This document shows positions 1-11,109 of a stretch of 64,000 bases of DNA, piece by piece (positions within the stretch are counted from its first letter, which is position 1; each line of letters begins with the position of its first letter). The DNA comes from Bacilli bacterium (GTDB taxonomy: Bacteria > Bacillota_I > Bacilli_A > RFN20 > CAG-826). A program made the position numbers and the translations under genes. The stretch spans positions 27,616-91,615 of the forward strand of contig JAFRPF010000016.1 of the NCBI GenBank assembly GCA_017429285.1, in the 5' to 3' direction. The notes under the pieces are model-generated. The model ran no database searches. It was not told the DNA's origin and saw nothing but the letters and a program-made list of their open reading frames with translations.

Positions 1-374
1 TTCAAAAAGGCTCATTTATTGAAGCGCTTAACGTTCCAGCATTCGATAATTCCCAAGCCTTTATCGAAGAAGTGAAAGATGAAGTCGATAACACCGCTTA
101 TTTAATGGCTAAAGCACAAACTGGTATGAATAGCCACGGTATTCCACAACCATTTACTACCGGTGCTTTAAATGCGGCTTATTACTCTAAAGGTGGTCCA
201 GGTTATTACCTTAACGCCATCACCAATAAAGGTGGTGCTGGTGCAGAAGTTGATGGACCAAAAGGCATTAGAGAAATCTTATGGAGAATGGAATATCTCT
301 GGAAGAACTCTAAAGCGGCTACTGAAACTATCTATCCTGGTACATATCCAGCAGCGACAACATTAAGCAATTAA
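1..374 (+). CDS. C-terminal part of a sugar ABC transporter substrate-binding protein (5'-truncated by the window edge)
   Basis: Frame is open from position 3 (QKGSFIEALNVPAF...GIPQPF...) and lies directly upstream of two sugar ABC permeases. Confidence 0.6.
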   Translation, partial: QKGSFIEALNVPAFDNSQAFIEEVKDEVDNTAYLMAKAQTGMNSHGIPQPFTTGALNAAYYSKGGPGYYLNAITNKGGAGAEVDGPKGIREILWRMEYLWKNSKAATETIYPGTYPAATTLSN

Positions 375-421
375 TTAAAATTATTCAATAAATTGAATGT
401 AAAAGAGAAAGGAGGAAATAT

Positions 422-2020
422 ATGGCTGATTTAGTAGTTAATGAAAGACAAAATGAAGGCAATATCTTTAAGAGATTCGGTCGTGGTTTTGTAAGATTCT
501 TTACCAAGAGCATTCCACATTTCTTCACCAAATCATTACCAGGATTCTTTGTGAACCTATATAGAAGAATCAAAAACTTCTTCATCGATTTCGGTAAAAG
601 ATTTAAAGATGGCTCTATCGGTACCAAACTATCACACTTCATTATGGGTAGTGGTTCTATATACCATGGACAATACATCAAAGGTTTTATCTTCTTTGCT
701 ATTCAAGTCTTATTCATTCTTTACATGGTCCTATGTCCAGCGATTATCGGTCCTAATGGAGTTAAAGTTCCAACAGGTTGGAAATCGTTAGCGAATTTAG
801 CCCTTCAAGGTCATGAATCCCAATTCATCCCAGCGAGCACCGGTGGTGCTTGGACACCAGAAGGTACCTTCATTCCTGCTAGTAACTCATTCTTGATGTT
901 ACTACTTGGCTTAGTGACAATCGCTATTATTATTCTTTACATCATCGTTTGGTTGAGTAACATCAAAAGTTCCTATGCGGCGGATACCGCGATTAAGGAA
1001 GGTCGTAAACCTTCAACATTTGTTGAAGATTTAAAAGCATTATTAGATGAACGTTTCCACATCTTAATGCTCACACCAACCTGCTTAGCAGCTTTAGTGT
1101 TTACTTTATTACCAACAATCTTGATGATCTGTCTAGCCTTTACAACTTATAACGACTTAGACATGCAATCCGCTCACACCGTTTTATTCCACTGGAATGG
1201 ATTCACGAACTTTGCGTCCATCTTCTCCCTTGGTAAAGCGACTAGCTTAGGTATTGAAATTAGCGCCAGATTCTTCCCTGTTCTCGGATGGACATTCATC
1301 TGGGCGATCTTCGCGACATTCACCTGCTATTTCGGCGGTATCTTATTAGCCGTTTTAATCAATAAAAAAGGCCTTAAATTTAAAAAGGTTTTCCGTACAA
1401 TCTTTATCTTAACGATTGCTATTCCTCAGTTTATTTCCTTATTAACCATGAGAAACTTACTCATGAGTAATGGTCCAATTAACTCTATGTTAATGAACTT
1501 ACATTGGATTAAAGAGCCAATTGGCTTCTTAGGACAAAAGAGTACAGATAATCCATATTTAGCAAAAGTGATGGTTATTATCATCAATATGTGGCTTGGT
1601 ATTCCATATACGATGCTCATGACTTCTGGTATTTTAATGAACATTCCTGCTGATTTATATGAAGCAGCCAGAGTGGATGGTACTTCTCGTCCAAAGATGT
1701 TCTTTAAGATCACCTTACCTTATGTCATCTTTATTACCACTCCATATTTGATTTCATCATTTATTGGTAACATTAACTCATTTAACACCATCTTCTTATT
1801 AACAGGTGGTGGACCAACTGTCACAAGTGCAGACGGTGTCAACTACGTTGCTGGTCAAACCGACTTACTTGTTACATGGTTATATAAATTAACGATTGAC
1901 CAAGGCGATTATAATACCGGTGCGGTTATTGGTATCTTTACCTTCATCATCACCGCGACTATCACCTTGATTACATATCGTCGAAGTAAAGCTTATAACG
2001 AGGAGGACACATTCCAATAA
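422..2020 (+). CDS. Maltose/maltodextrin-type ABC transporter permease (MalF-like)
   Basis: Multiple TM segments; EAA loop IPADLYEAARVDG; GQTDLLVTWLYKLT motif; RBS AAGGAGG. Confidence 0.88.
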   Translation: MADLVVNERQNEGNIFKRFGRGFVRFFTKSIPHFFTKSLPGFFVNLYRRIKNFFIDFGKRFKDGSIGTKLSHFIMGSGSIYHGQYIKGFIFFAIQVLFILYMVLCPAIIGPNGVKVPTGWKSLANLALQGHESQFIPASTGGAWTPEGTFIPASNSFLMLLLGLVTIAIIILYIIVWLSNIKSSYAADTAIKEGRKPSTFVEDLKALLDERFHILMLTPTCLAALVFTLLPTILMICLAFTTYNDLDMQSAHTVLFHWNGFTNFASIFSLGKATSLGIEISARFFPVLGWTFIWAIFATFTCYFGGILLAVLINKKGLKFKKVFRTIFILTIAIPQFISLLTMRNLLMSNGPINSMLMNLHWIKEPIGFLGQKSTDNPYLAKVMVIIINMWLGIPYTMLMTSGILMNIPADLYEAARVDGTSRPKMFFKITLPYVIFITTPYLISSFIGNINSFNTIFLLTGGGPTVTSADGVNYVAGQTDLLVTWLYKLTIDQGDYNTGAVIGIFTFIITATITLITYRRSKAYNEEDTFQ

Positions 2021-2021
2021 T

Positions 2022-2960
2022 ATGGCAAACGCAGTTGTTATGGATTCTTCTAAACAGAAGAAGTTCCGCTCCCAAAAAGGTGCGGAGAGAACCTCGTTAA
2101 TTCTTACTTACGTTGTTCTAGGTATTCTTGCAGTAATTTGGATTATTCCAATCCTATGGATTGTATTAAGTGCGTTCCGTGGCTATTCCACAGGTGGTAA
2201 CGTCTCCTCCGACTACTTCCCAAAAAGCTTCGGTATCTCTAACTTTATCAATCTATTCACCGGTACATGGCTCGGTGTCGACTATTATTTCTTAAGATGG
2301 TTCTTAAACACTCTTATCGTCGCCGTCATCGACTGTATCGTCTCCACATTATTAGTCTTATCAGTTGCTTACTGTATGTCTAAATTAAGATTCAAAATGC
2401 GTAAAGCATTTATGAATATCACCATGATTCTCGGTTTATTCCCTGGATTTATGTCGATGATCGCTATTTATTATTTATTAAAAGCCATCGGCTTATCTGG
2501 TCAAACTGATGAAAATGCATGGCTTAACCTTGTCGGTTTAGTTCTCGCTTATTCCGCTGGTGCAGGCTTAGGCTTCCAAGTCGCCAAAGGCTTCTTCGAT
2601 GTTATTCCTACTTCCTTAGTGGAAAGCGCGAAACTCGATGGCTGCACCAATGTGAAGATCTTCTTAAAGATTATTCTTCCATTATCAAAACCAATTATTA
2701 TCTATACCGCATTAATGTCATTTACCGGACCATGGATGGACTTCATCTTTGCGAAGGTTATTATCGGTGTTGGTAATCCACAGATGTGGACCGTCTCCGT
2801 CGGTTTATATTCCATGATGTATGGTAACCAATACGACCCATCAATGTTTACAACATTCGCTGCTGGTTGTGTGATCGTTGCTATTCCAATTGTCGGCTTA
2901 TTCATGGCCCTTCAAAAATACTATGTTGAAGGTGTTACCGCCGGTGCTGTTAAAGGTTAA
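2022..2960 (+). CDS. Maltose/maltodextrin-type ABC transporter permease (MalG-like)
   Basis: EAA loop IPTSLVESAKLDG; C-terminal LQKYYVEGVTAGAVKG. Confidence 0.9.
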   Translation: MANAVVMDSSKQKKFRSQKGAERTSLILTYVVLGILAVIWIIPILWIVLSAFRGYSTGGNVSSDYFPKSFGISNFINLFTGTWLGVDYYFLRWFLNTLIVAVIDCIVSTLLVLSVAYCMSKLRFKMRKAFMNITMILGLFPGFMSMIAIYYLLKAIGLSGQTDENAWLNLVGLVLAYSAGAGLGFQVAKGFFDVIPTSLVESAKLDGCTNVKIFLKIILPLSKPIIIYTALMSFTGPWMDFIFAKVIIGVGNPQMWTVSVGLYSMMYGNQYDPSMFTTFAAGCVIVAIPIVGLFMALQKYYVEGVTAGAVKG

Positions 2961-2980
2961 AAACCAAATTCTAAAATTAA

Positions 2981-3010
2981 GAAAGTCGCTAGAAAATCTA
3001 GTGACTTTTT
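2981..3010 (+). terminator. Intrinsic terminator
   Basis: AAAGTCGCTAG-AAAAT-CTAGTGACTTT followed by a T run. Confidence 0.8.
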
Positions 3011-3080
3011 ATTTATCTTCATATACGCGTGTGTTAAGATTAATATAGCAAATTTTGGATTTGCTTTAGGAGGAGAAATT

Positions 3081-4949
3081 ATGGCCTACGGTTTAACTTA
3101 TGACTTCTTGATGGGGCAATGTCTTGATGCCCACAATTATTTTGGTGCACATTTTGTCAATCAAAATGGTGTGGATGGGGTTGTTTTTAGATTATACGCT
3201 CCATGCGCTAATGATGTATCTGTCATCGGTGAATGGAATGGTTGGGATGTCACCTCTCATAAAATGAATAAAATTGATGATGCGGGTATTTGGGAAATTT
3301 TTATTCCTGGACTGAGCAATTATCAATCATATAAATTTCACTTTCTAAATGCGAAAGGTAAATATGTTGATAAAATCGATCCATTTGCTTTTTATAGCGA
3401 AATGAGACCAGGAACATGTTCGAAATTATTCGATAATCGTAATTTTGCTTGGCATGATGATCCTTGGATGAAATCAAGAACCAGAAACTTTGATAAACCA
3501 ATGTCTATTTATGAAATGCATTTAGGTAGCTGGTATGGTAAAGCGGAAGATGGTCATACCTTATCTTATGAAGAAATCGCTGATAAATTAATTCCTTATA
3601 TTCTTGGTATGGGTTATACCCATGTCGAATTTATGCCGCTAGTCCAATATCCATTTGATGGTAGCTGGGGCTATCAAGGAACAGGTTTCTTCTCTATCGA
3701 TTCTAGATATGGAAATCCTTTCCAATTAATGTCGTTAGTGGATAGATTACATCAAGCCGGAATTGGGGCGATTATCGATTTCGCTCCTGTTCACTTCGCC
3801 ACTGATAAATGGGCTTTAGCGGAATATGATGGCACAAAGATGTTTGAATATTCTAATAGATGGAGATTATCTCCTTGGGGTTCTTTACAATTCGATTTAG
3901 GTAAAGATCCAGTGAGAAGCTTTTTGATGAGTGCGATGAATTATTTCGTCGATTATTTTCATTTCGATGGTATTAGAGTCGACGCCGTTAGTAATATCAT
4001 CTACTATAATGGTGATTCCTCCATCGGATTAAACGAAGGAGCGGTGGAATTTATTAAAAGACTTAACGCTAAGATGCATATCGCTCATGATTCTGTGATG
4101 ATGATTGCCGAAGATAGTACCGCTTTTGCGGGTACCACAAAACCAACGGAACAAGGTGGTTTAGGATTTGATTATAAATGGGATTTAGGTTGGATGAACG
4201 ATACCTTAAAATATTACGCTTTAGATCCAATTTATAAGAAATATGATCATCATAAATTAACATTCTCGATGGCTTATTTCTATAGTGATAATTTTATGCT
4301 TCCATTGTCTCACGACGAAGTCGTCCATGGAAAAGGGACGATTATTAATAAGATGTGGGGCGATTATGATCAAAAATTTGCCTTATTAAGAAATTTATAT
4401 ACATATCAATATGGTCATCCAGGTAAAAAACTGAATTTTATGGGTAATGAACTTGGAACATTTGATGAATGGAATGAATCACGTGGTTTGCAGTGGAATT
4501 TAAAATCATTCCCCAAACACGATTCATTATCTAGAATGATGCATGATTTAAATGAAATCTATAAACATCATAAAGCCATGTATTATCAAGAACATAATCC
4601 AGAAAGATTTAGATGGTTAATGGTGGATAATAAAGATCAATCCGTCTTCGCTTTCCAAAGAAAAGTCGATGATGATGTTTTAGTCTTTGTTTATAACATG
4701 ACGACGAATTATTACGATTATATTAATATCCCAGTGTTAGAAGAAGGAGAATACGAAGAAATCTTTAACACTGATAAAGATATTTATAGTGGTTGGGGTC
4801 AATATAATGGTTTACCAATTAAAAGTGAACCAGGTTCCTTTGAAGGATTACCCGCTCATATCACGATTAAATTAGCCTGTTTAGGCGCTTGCATCTTTAA
4901 GTTAAAAAAAGATGCCCCAAAAAAGAAAATAGCAACTAAAAAGAAATAG
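3081..4949 (+). CDS. glgB: 1,4-alpha-glucan branching enzyme
   Basis: GH13 motifs YEMHLGSW, SWGYQ, DGIRVDAV, MIAEDST, LPLSHDEVVHGK. Confidence 0.95.
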   Translation: MAYGLTYDFLMGQCLDAHNYFGAHFVNQNGVDGVVFRLYAPCANDVSVIGEWNGWDVTSHKMNKIDDAGIWEIFIPGLSNYQSYKFHFLNAKGKYVDKIDPFAFYSEMRPGTCSKLFDNRNFAWHDDPWMKSRTRNFDKPMSIYEMHLGSWYGKAEDGHTLSYEEIADKLIPYILGMGYTHVEFMPLVQYPFDGSWGYQGTGFFSIDSRYGNPFQLMSLVDRLHQAGIGAIIDFAPVHFATDKWALAEYDGTKMFEYSNRWRLSPWGSLQFDLGKDPVRSFLMSAMNYFVDYFHFDGIRVDAVSNIIYYNGDSSIGLNEGAVEFIKRLNAKMHIAHDSVMMIAEDSTAFAGTTKPTEQGGLGFDYKWDLGWMNDTLKYYALDPIYKKYDHHKLTFSMAYFYSDNFMLPLSHDEVVHGKGTIINKMWGDYDQKFALLRNLYTYQYGHPGKKLNFMGNELGTFDEWNESRGLQWNLKSFPKHDSLSRMMHDLNEIYKHHKAMYYQEHNPERFRWLMVDNKDQSVFAFQRKVDDDVLVFVYNMTTNYYDYINIPVLEEGEYEEIFNTDKDIYSGWGQYNGLPIKSEPGSFEGLPAHITIKLACLGACIFKLKKDAPKKKIATKKK

Positions 4950-4963
4950 GAGTTTATTTATAT

Positions 4964-7369
4964 ATGTTTGAAAACAAAACTGCGTTTAAAAAAGCTTTCC
5001 AAGAACGCATGATGGAAAGATATGGTGTGTCCGTGAAGGATAGCCACGTATCTGAAAGATACGCCATATTAGGAGAAATGGTTAGAGACTACGCTAACGT
5101 GGACTGGGGTCATACGAGAAGTACTTCGATTAAGCATGACCAAAAGACCGTTATTTATTTCTCTATGGAATTCTTAATTGGCCGTTTATTAACCAATAAC
5201 ATGCAAAACATGGGTATTTATGAAATCGCCAAAGAAGGGTTAAAAGATTTAGGTATTAATATCCATGAATTAGAAGAAGAAGAATCCGATGCCGGTTTAG
5301 GTAATGGTGGTTTAGGCCGTTTAGCGGCTTGCTTCTTAGATTCTATCGCCTCATTAGGTTATTTAGGTCATGGTAACTGTATCAGATACCAATATGGTTT
5401 CTTCCGTCAAAGAATTATCGATGGAAAACAAAAAGAATTCCCAGATCAATGGTTAAGTAATGGTAACGTTTGGGAAATTAGGAGACCAAAATATGAAGTG
5501 GAAGTCAAATTCTATGGCAATCCAGAAACATATTTAAAACCAGATGGAAGTTATGCGATTAGAACCGCGAACGCTTTAATTGTCCGTGCCGTTCCTTATG
5601 ATGTTCCAGTCGTTGGATATAAAAATCATGTCACTAATTCATTAAGACTTTGGAATGCTGAGCCAACCGCTCACCATTTGCCAAAAGATATTTCCTTCGA
5701 AGAATATTTACATACCTTAGAAGAATTGTGTCATGGTTTATATCCAGATGATTCTACCGAACATGGTCGTATCTTAAGACTTAGACAACAATATTTCTTA
5801 GTCTCCTCTGGTATTCAATGTACATTAAAGAGCTATTTTAGACATCATAATACCTTAAAAGGTATTCATAATCATTATGTCTTCCAACTTAACGATACTC
5901 ATCCAATCTTAGCCATCCCAGAAATGATGAGAGTGATGATGGATGAATATGATATGGGTTGGGATGAAGCCTGGGAAGAAGTGAGACAATGTATGGCTTA
6001 CACTAACCACACCGTCATGGTGGAAGCTTTAGAAAAATGGCCAGTCAATTATGTCCAAAACTTAATTCCTCGTTGTTTCATGATCATCGAAGAAATCAAT
6101 CGTCGTTTCAATATCGAGATGACCGCCAAAGGTGTTAGTGATGGTGAAAGATATGCGATGAATATTATTAAAGACGGTCAAATTCATATGACTAACTTAG
6201 CCATTTATACCGCTTTCTCCGTCAACGGCGTCGCCGCTTTACATACTGAAATCTTAAAAGCGATGACCTTTAAGGAATTCTATAAATATATGCCTGAAAA
6301 ATTTAATAATAAGACGAACGGTGTTACCCATCGTAGATGGTTATTAAATTCTAACCCTGAATTAGCCAAATTAATCACTTCAAAAATTGGCGATTCTTGG
6401 ATCACGGATATGTCTAAGATCAAACAATTTGAAAAATTCGCTGATGATAAAGAAGTCTTAAAATCTTTAGGTAAGATTAAATTAGACAATAAGAAAGCTC
6501 TTGCTAAATACATCAAAGAGAACCTCGATATCGATGTCGATGTGAATTCCATCTTCGATGTTCAAATTAAGCGTCTACACGCCTATAAACGTCAATTACT
6601 TAACATTTTCCATATTATCTATCTCTATCAGAGAATGAAAAGTGATCCAAGTTTTAGAATTTATCCACACACATATATCTTTGGTGCGAAAGCCGCTCCA
6701 AGCTATGTTTATGCCAAAAAGATTATCGAATTAATTATCGCTGTCGCGAATGTGATTAATAACGATGATGAAATTAATAAATACTTAAAAGTCGTCTTTA
6801 TTGAAAATTATGGTGTCTCTTTAGCGGAATTAATTATTCCGGCTGCCGATGTTAGTGAACAAATTTCTACCGCTGGTAAAGAAGCAAGCGGAACTTCAAA
6901 TATGAAGTTAATGATGAATGGGGCCGTTACTTTAGGGACGATGGATGGTGCCAATATTGAAATCGCCGAATGTGCTGGTGAAGAAAACGAAGTCATTTTC
7001 GGTTTAAGAAACGAAGAAGTCGAAGAACTTAATCGTAACGGCACTTATAATCCATGGGACATCTATAATAACGATTACCGTGTGAAAAACGTTTTAGATT
7101 CTTTATTCTCTGGTGAATGGACAAATTATAAACCAGATAGATTTAGATTAATCTTTGATGAAATCATGAATAACCGTGATACTTATTTTATCCTTAAGGA
7201 TTTTGATAGCTATGTGAAAGCTCAAGAAAAAGTTAGTGAGCTATATCAAAATAAATTAGGATGGCAAAGAATGTGTTTGATGAATATCGCTAATAGCGGT
7301 AAATTCACCAGCGATAGAACCATCAAAGAATATGCGACTGAAATTTGGAAATTAGAAAGTGTTAAATAA
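4964..7369 (+). CDS. glgP: Glycogen/maltodextrin phosphorylase
   Basis: GLGNGGLGRLAAC, QLNDTHP, QIKRLHAYKRQ and PLP-site KEASGTSNMK. Confidence 0.96.
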   Translation: MFENKTAFKKAFQERMMERYGVSVKDSHVSERYAILGEMVRDYANVDWGHTRSTSIKHDQKTVIYFSMEFLIGRLLTNNMQNMGIYEIAKEGLKDLGINIHELEEEESDAGLGNGGLGRLAACFLDSIASLGYLGHGNCIRYQYGFFRQRIIDGKQKEFPDQWLSNGNVWEIRRPKYEVEVKFYGNPETYLKPDGSYAIRTANALIVRAVPYDVPVVGYKNHVTNSLRLWNAEPTAHHLPKDISFEEYLHTLEELCHGLYPDDSTEHGRILRLRQQYFLVSSGIQCTLKSYFRHHNTLKGIHNHYVFQLNDTHPILAIPEMMRVMMDEYDMGWDEAWEEVRQCMAYTNHTVMVEALEKWPVNYVQNLIPRCFMIIEEINRRFNIEMTAKGVSDGERYAMNIIKDGQIHMTNLAIYTAFSVNGVAALHTEILKAMTFKEFYKYMPEKFNNKTNGVTHRRWLLNSNPELAKLITSKIGDSWITDMSKIKQFEKFADDKEVLKSLGKIKLDNKKALAKYIKENLDIDVDVNSIFDVQIKRLHAYKRQLLNIFHIIYLYQRMKSDPSFRIYPHTYIFGAKAAPSYVYAKKIIELIIAVANVINNDDEINKYLKVVFIENYGVSLAELIIPAADVSEQISTAGKEASGTSNMKLMMNGAVTLGTMDGANIEIAECAGEENEVIFGLRNEEVEELNRNGTYNPWDIYNNDYRVKNVLDSLFSGEWTNYKPDRFRLIFDEIMNNRDTYFILKDFDSYVKAQEKVSELYQNKLGWQRMCLMNIANSGKFTSDRTIKEYATEIWKLESVK

Positions 7370-7371
7370 TT

Positions 7372-7866
7372 ATGGGCAAAATTATTCTTGATGAACTCTT
7401 TTTAGCGCAAAAAGAATTAGACGCAACCATTGCCAAAAATCATAACATTAGTTATGAAACAACTAGACATAGACGTATTATGGCCTGTTTAGTGGAAATT
7501 GGTGAGCTCGCTAATGCGACTAGATGTTTTAAATATTGGTCCAATAAGGGAAAAGAAAGTGATGATATCGTTTTAGATGAATATGCGGATGGTTTGCATT
7601 TCTTACTTTCTTTAGGAATCGATATTAAAACGAGCAAAAAATCCTATAACATCACCAAACATCAAGATAATTTAACCGATCAATTTTTAGAAATTTATCA
7701 TCGTTTAGATGAATTTAGAAAAAAACAGGATGATAAAACCTATATTAGAGCCTTTCAATCATTTTTAAATCTATTACCTTTATTAGGCTATAGATGGGCT
7801 AGTTTAAGAAAAGCCTATTTTAAAAAACTAGGTGTTAATTATAATAGACAAGAAAATAATTATTAA
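7372..7866 (+). CDS. Dimeric (all-alpha) dUTPase
   Basis: LVEIGELANATRCFKYWS and DEYADGLHF motifs; C-terminal NYNRQENNY. Confidence 0.85.
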   Translation: MGKIILDELFLAQKELDATIAKNHNISYETTRHRRIMACLVEIGELANATRCFKYWSNKGKESDDIVLDEYADGLHFLLSLGIDIKTSKKSYNITKHQDNLTDQFLEIYHRLDEFRKKQDDKTYIRAFQSFLNLLPLLGYRWASLRKAYFKKLGVNYNRQENNY

Positions 7867-9113
7867 TGATTATGAAAAAAGTAATAGCCGCCTTACAGAT
7901 GACTAACGATGCCGTTATTAATTTCTTAAAGAAATATTGGTTATGGCTTTCTTTAGCTACTATTTTTGCTTTAGCAATAGTGGCGAGAATTCCTTTATAT
8001 AGTAAAACTACAGGTGACTATAATTCTTTTTTAGTCAATTGGTATAACGATTGTTACACAAATAGTAAAGAATTCTTAGCGAAAGGTGATGTCGATTATA
8101 CCCCGACATATCTATATTCTTTTGTGGTGATGACATGGTTTAAAATTAAGCCATTTACCAATTCATTCTTATATACTTTAAAAACGATCAGTGTGGTCTT
8201 TGATTTTGGAACTGCTTTTTTAATCTTTTATATGGTGAAATTCATCTTTAAAAAGAACGATGTTTTAACATTAATCTCGACCACATTGGCCTTATTCTTA
8301 CCACAAATATTATTAAATAGTGCCTTCTGGGGACAGTGTGATTCCATTTATACATTCTTTATCGTTTTATCTTTATTCTTTATATTTATAAAGAAAGAGA
8401 TGCTTTCCGCGATAAGTTTTGGGATTAGTTTTGCTTTGAAATTACAAAGTGTCTTCTTCTTACCAGTCTTAGTTTTATTATGGCTAAATAAAAAATATAA
8501 ATTCTGGTATTTATTATTAATTCCGTTAACTTACATCGTTTTAATGATTCCCGCGATGATATGTGGGAGAAGCTTTATAAGCTGTCTAACCGTCTATTTC
8601 ACTCAAGCGGAAGAATATACTTATTTATCTATGGCAGCGCCTAATATCTATTCATTTATGTATAAAACATTAACCACAAATGATAGTGTCGCTAGCCATT
8701 TAGTGCCTGCTGCCACAGTCTTTGGGTTAGTTTTGATATTAGTGGTTTGCGTGATTATTTTTGCGACACAAAAAGATTATTCTTTTGAAAACATCATTAA
8801 GATTAGTTTCTTTATCACATTATTTGCTCCCTATGTTTTACCAAAGATGCATGATCGATATTTCTATATCGCTGAAGTTTTAGCGATTTTATATATCGTT
8901 ATTAATCCGAAGAAATGGTATATCTCCTTATTAGCAGTCGGAGGAACATTCCAAGGCTATAATTTATATCTTTTCAATACTTATTATTTAGGTAATAGAG
9001 ACTTCAATATGATTATTGGCGCGACTTTAATTATGGCGGCATTAATCCTATTAGGTTATGACCTCTTTAAAAAGAAAAACGAACCTCAATTAGAGGTTGC
9101 TCAAGAAAATTAA
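7866..9113 (+). CDS. Integral membrane GT-C glycosyltransferase (mannosyltransferase-like)
   Basis: DYTPTYLY, NSAFWGQCDSI, KLQ and LPKMHDRY motifs; about 10 TM helices. Confidence 0.75.
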   Translation: MIMKKVIAALQMTNDAVINFLKKYWLWLSLATIFALAIVARIPLYSKTTGDYNSFLVNWYNDCYTNSKEFLAKGDVDYTPTYLYSFVVMTWFKIKPFTNSFLYTLKTISVVFDFGTAFLIFYMVKFIFKKNDVLTLISTTLALFLPQILLNSAFWGQCDSIYTFFIVLSLFFIFIKKEMLSAISFGISFALKLQSVFFLPVLVLLWLNKKYKFWYLLLIPLTYIVLMIPAMICGRSFISCLTVYFTQAEEYTYLSMAAPNIYSFMYKTLTTNDSVASHLVPAATVFGLVLILVVCVIIFATQKDYSFENIIKISFFITLFAPYVLPKMHDRYFYIAEVLAILYIVINPKKWYISLLAVGGTFQGYNLYLFNTYYLGNRDFNMIIGATLIMAALILLGYDLFKKKNEPQLEVAQEN

Positions 9114-9138
9114 AAATGATAGCAATAGCTATCAATTT

Positions 9139-9570
9139 TTATAGCAAGGTATCTATCTCATTTTCGGAGATCACTTTGATGCCTTTTTTTCTTAATAATT
9201 CAGCGGTCACTCCTTGACCTTTAATTAATTTCTTAGAGAAGGAACCATCATATATTTGATTTACTCCACAGGATGGAGAATTCTCTTTTAAGATGGCGAT
9301 TTTAATCCCGAGATATAAACAGATATTTAAGGCGAGATCCGCACCTTTAGCGAAGCTTTTGGTAACGTCTTTGCCATTATCCATTTTGACTCTATCTTTC
9401 ATTCTTTCGCTGGGATTTCTAGGAACAGATAAACCGCCTTCAACTTCCGGGCAGAAGGGAACTAATTCATATTTCTCTAATAAAGCCTCTACCTTATCAG
9501 AAAGGTGATTTTTACCGTTATAGGTGACATTATCACCGATAAGACACGCTGAGATTAAAATCTTTTCCAT
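9139..9570 (-). CDS. DUF523 / 2-thiouracil desulfurase family protein
   Basis: ISACLIG, CPEVEGGLSVPR, LKENSPSCG motifs. Confidence 0.9.
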   Translation of the reverse strand: MEKILISACLIGDNVTYNGKNHLSDKVEALLEKYELVPFCPEVEGGLSVPRNPSERMKDRVKMDNGKDVTKSFAKGADLALNICLYLGIKIAILKENSPSCGVNQIYDGSFSKKLIKGQGVTAELLRKKGIKVISENEIDTLL

Positions 9571-9624
9571 AAACCGTAAATATTCTATATTTCAGGCGCT
9601 AAGTAATCAAGTTATAATATTCCC

Positions 9625-10278
9625 ATGCTGAATCCAAAAGAGTTTATTTATATACATAACGGGAAAGAATATAAAGTAATTCTTACTAGAAAAAGAATTA
9701 GAAGCATTCGTTATTACTATAAGAATGGAGAGTTTAGAGTGAGCGCTCCATTATTATTTGTCACCCAAAATCAAATTAAAGAAGGTTTAGATAGATACGC
9801 TGATAAGCTCTTAAAAGCGGACGTTAAAACATCAGCTTTTGGAAATGATTTTATCTATTTGTTAGGTATAAAAGTTAGCATCCATGAGAGTGGAGAAATT
9901 AAATTTTCTAATAATGATGTCATTAAATATAAATCCCGTGAAGATTTAGAAAAGAAATTAAAGAAATGGTTTTTAGAAATTATTAAAAATCGTAATGCCT
10001 ATTATGAACATATGATGGGAGTAAAGCATCCATACAAGGTACACGTTAAAAAGATGAGCACCAGATATGGATCGAATTCTTTAAGCACACACTCCCTATC
10101 TTATTCAACGATTTTAATGCATTATAGTTATGATGTAATCGATAGTGTTATTATTCATGAACTCGCTCATCATTTTCAAAGAAACCATTCTAAAAAGTTT
10201 TATGATGTAGTTTATAAATATTGTCCGAATTATCGCATTTTACATAATCGTTTAAAAAGAGGTGAATTTCATGCTTAA
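9625..10278 (+). CDS. YgjP/DUF45-like zinc metalloprotein (M48-like)
   Basis: IIHELAHH zinc motif followed by NHSKKFY. Confidence 0.8.
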   Translation: MLNPKEFIYIHNGKEYKVILTRKRIRSIRYYYKNGEFRVSAPLLFVTQNQIKEGLDRYADKLLKADVKTSAFGNDFIYLLGIKVSIHESGEIKFSNNDVIKYKSREDLEKKLKKWFLEIIKNRNAYYEHMMGVKHPYKVHVKKMSTRYGSNSLSTHSLSYSTILMHYSYDVIDSVIIHELAHHFQRNHSKKFYDVVYKYCPNYRILHNRLKRGEFHA

Positions 10279-10990
10279 AGTCATTACAAGTAAAGATAAT
10301 AACAAGATCAAACATGCTTCTTCTTTAAAGGAAAGAAAATATCGTGAAGAATATCAAGAATTCCTAATAGAGGGGTATAAAATGCTCGAAATGGCTGCAG
10401 AAGCGGGCTGTATTAAAGAAATTTTTACCTTAAAAGAAATCGAAGGAATCAAACAAGAGATACCTCAATATCTAGTGGATCCTTCTTTAATTAAAAAGAT
10501 TAGTAATAGCGTCTCTCCAGAAGGAGTGGTCGCGATTTGCAATATGGTTCATCGTAAGAGCAAAAAGATGAATAAAGTAGTGTATTTAGATAAGGTCAAT
10601 GATCCCGGAAATGTCGGTACGATTATGCGTACCGCTTACGCCTTTAATTATGACGCCATCATATTCTCCAAAGGTAGTTGTGACCCATATAACGAAAAAG
10701 CTATTTCTGGTTCAAGAGGTTCTATTTTCTTTTTACCAATTCTTCATGGCGATTTAGAGGAATTTAAAGAAGATAAAGATGTTATTGTTTCCGCTTTAAA
10801 TGAGAAAGCGGTTGATATTAAAGAAGTAAAATTACCAAAATCTTTTATCTTAGTTGTGGGCAATGAAGCTAATGGCGTGAGCCAAGAGATAATAAAACAA
10901 GCCACAATTACGACCAAGATTTCTATTGATAATATTGATTCATTAAATGTCGCAGTGGCGGCAGGTATACTTATGGATCATCTCCGTTAA
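10271..10990 (+). CDS. TrmH/SpoU family RNA methyltransferase
   Basis: DPGNVGTIMRT, VGNEANG and DSLNVAVA SPOUT motifs; start placed at ATG 10271, which overlaps the upstream stop. Confidence 0.9.
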   Translation: MLKVITSKDNNKIKHASSLKERKYREEYQEFLIEGYKMLEMAAEAGCIKEIFTLKEIEGIKQEIPQYLVDPSLIKKISNSVSPEGVVAICNMVHRKSKKMNKVVYLDKVNDPGNVGTIMRTAYAFNYDAIIFSKGSCDPYNEKAISGSRGSIFFLPILHGDLEEFKEDKDVIVSALNEKAVDIKEVKLPKSFILVVGNEANGVSQEIIKQATITTKISIDNIDSLNVAVAAGILMDHLR

Positions 10991-11109
10991 TTTAATAATT
11001 TTTACGATAAATATTCCCGTTATAAAAGGAATATGTATTTTTCATATTTAAAAATATGCCTCGTATGATATAATCGATATACGTGTGAATTTGATATAGG
11101 AGTGTGCTT

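Noticed and set aside
10991..11109. T-box leaders before pheS (and ileS, 19551-19627)
   Set aside because: The intergenic regions are too short and AT-rich, and there is no GGTGGNACC motif or antiterminator.
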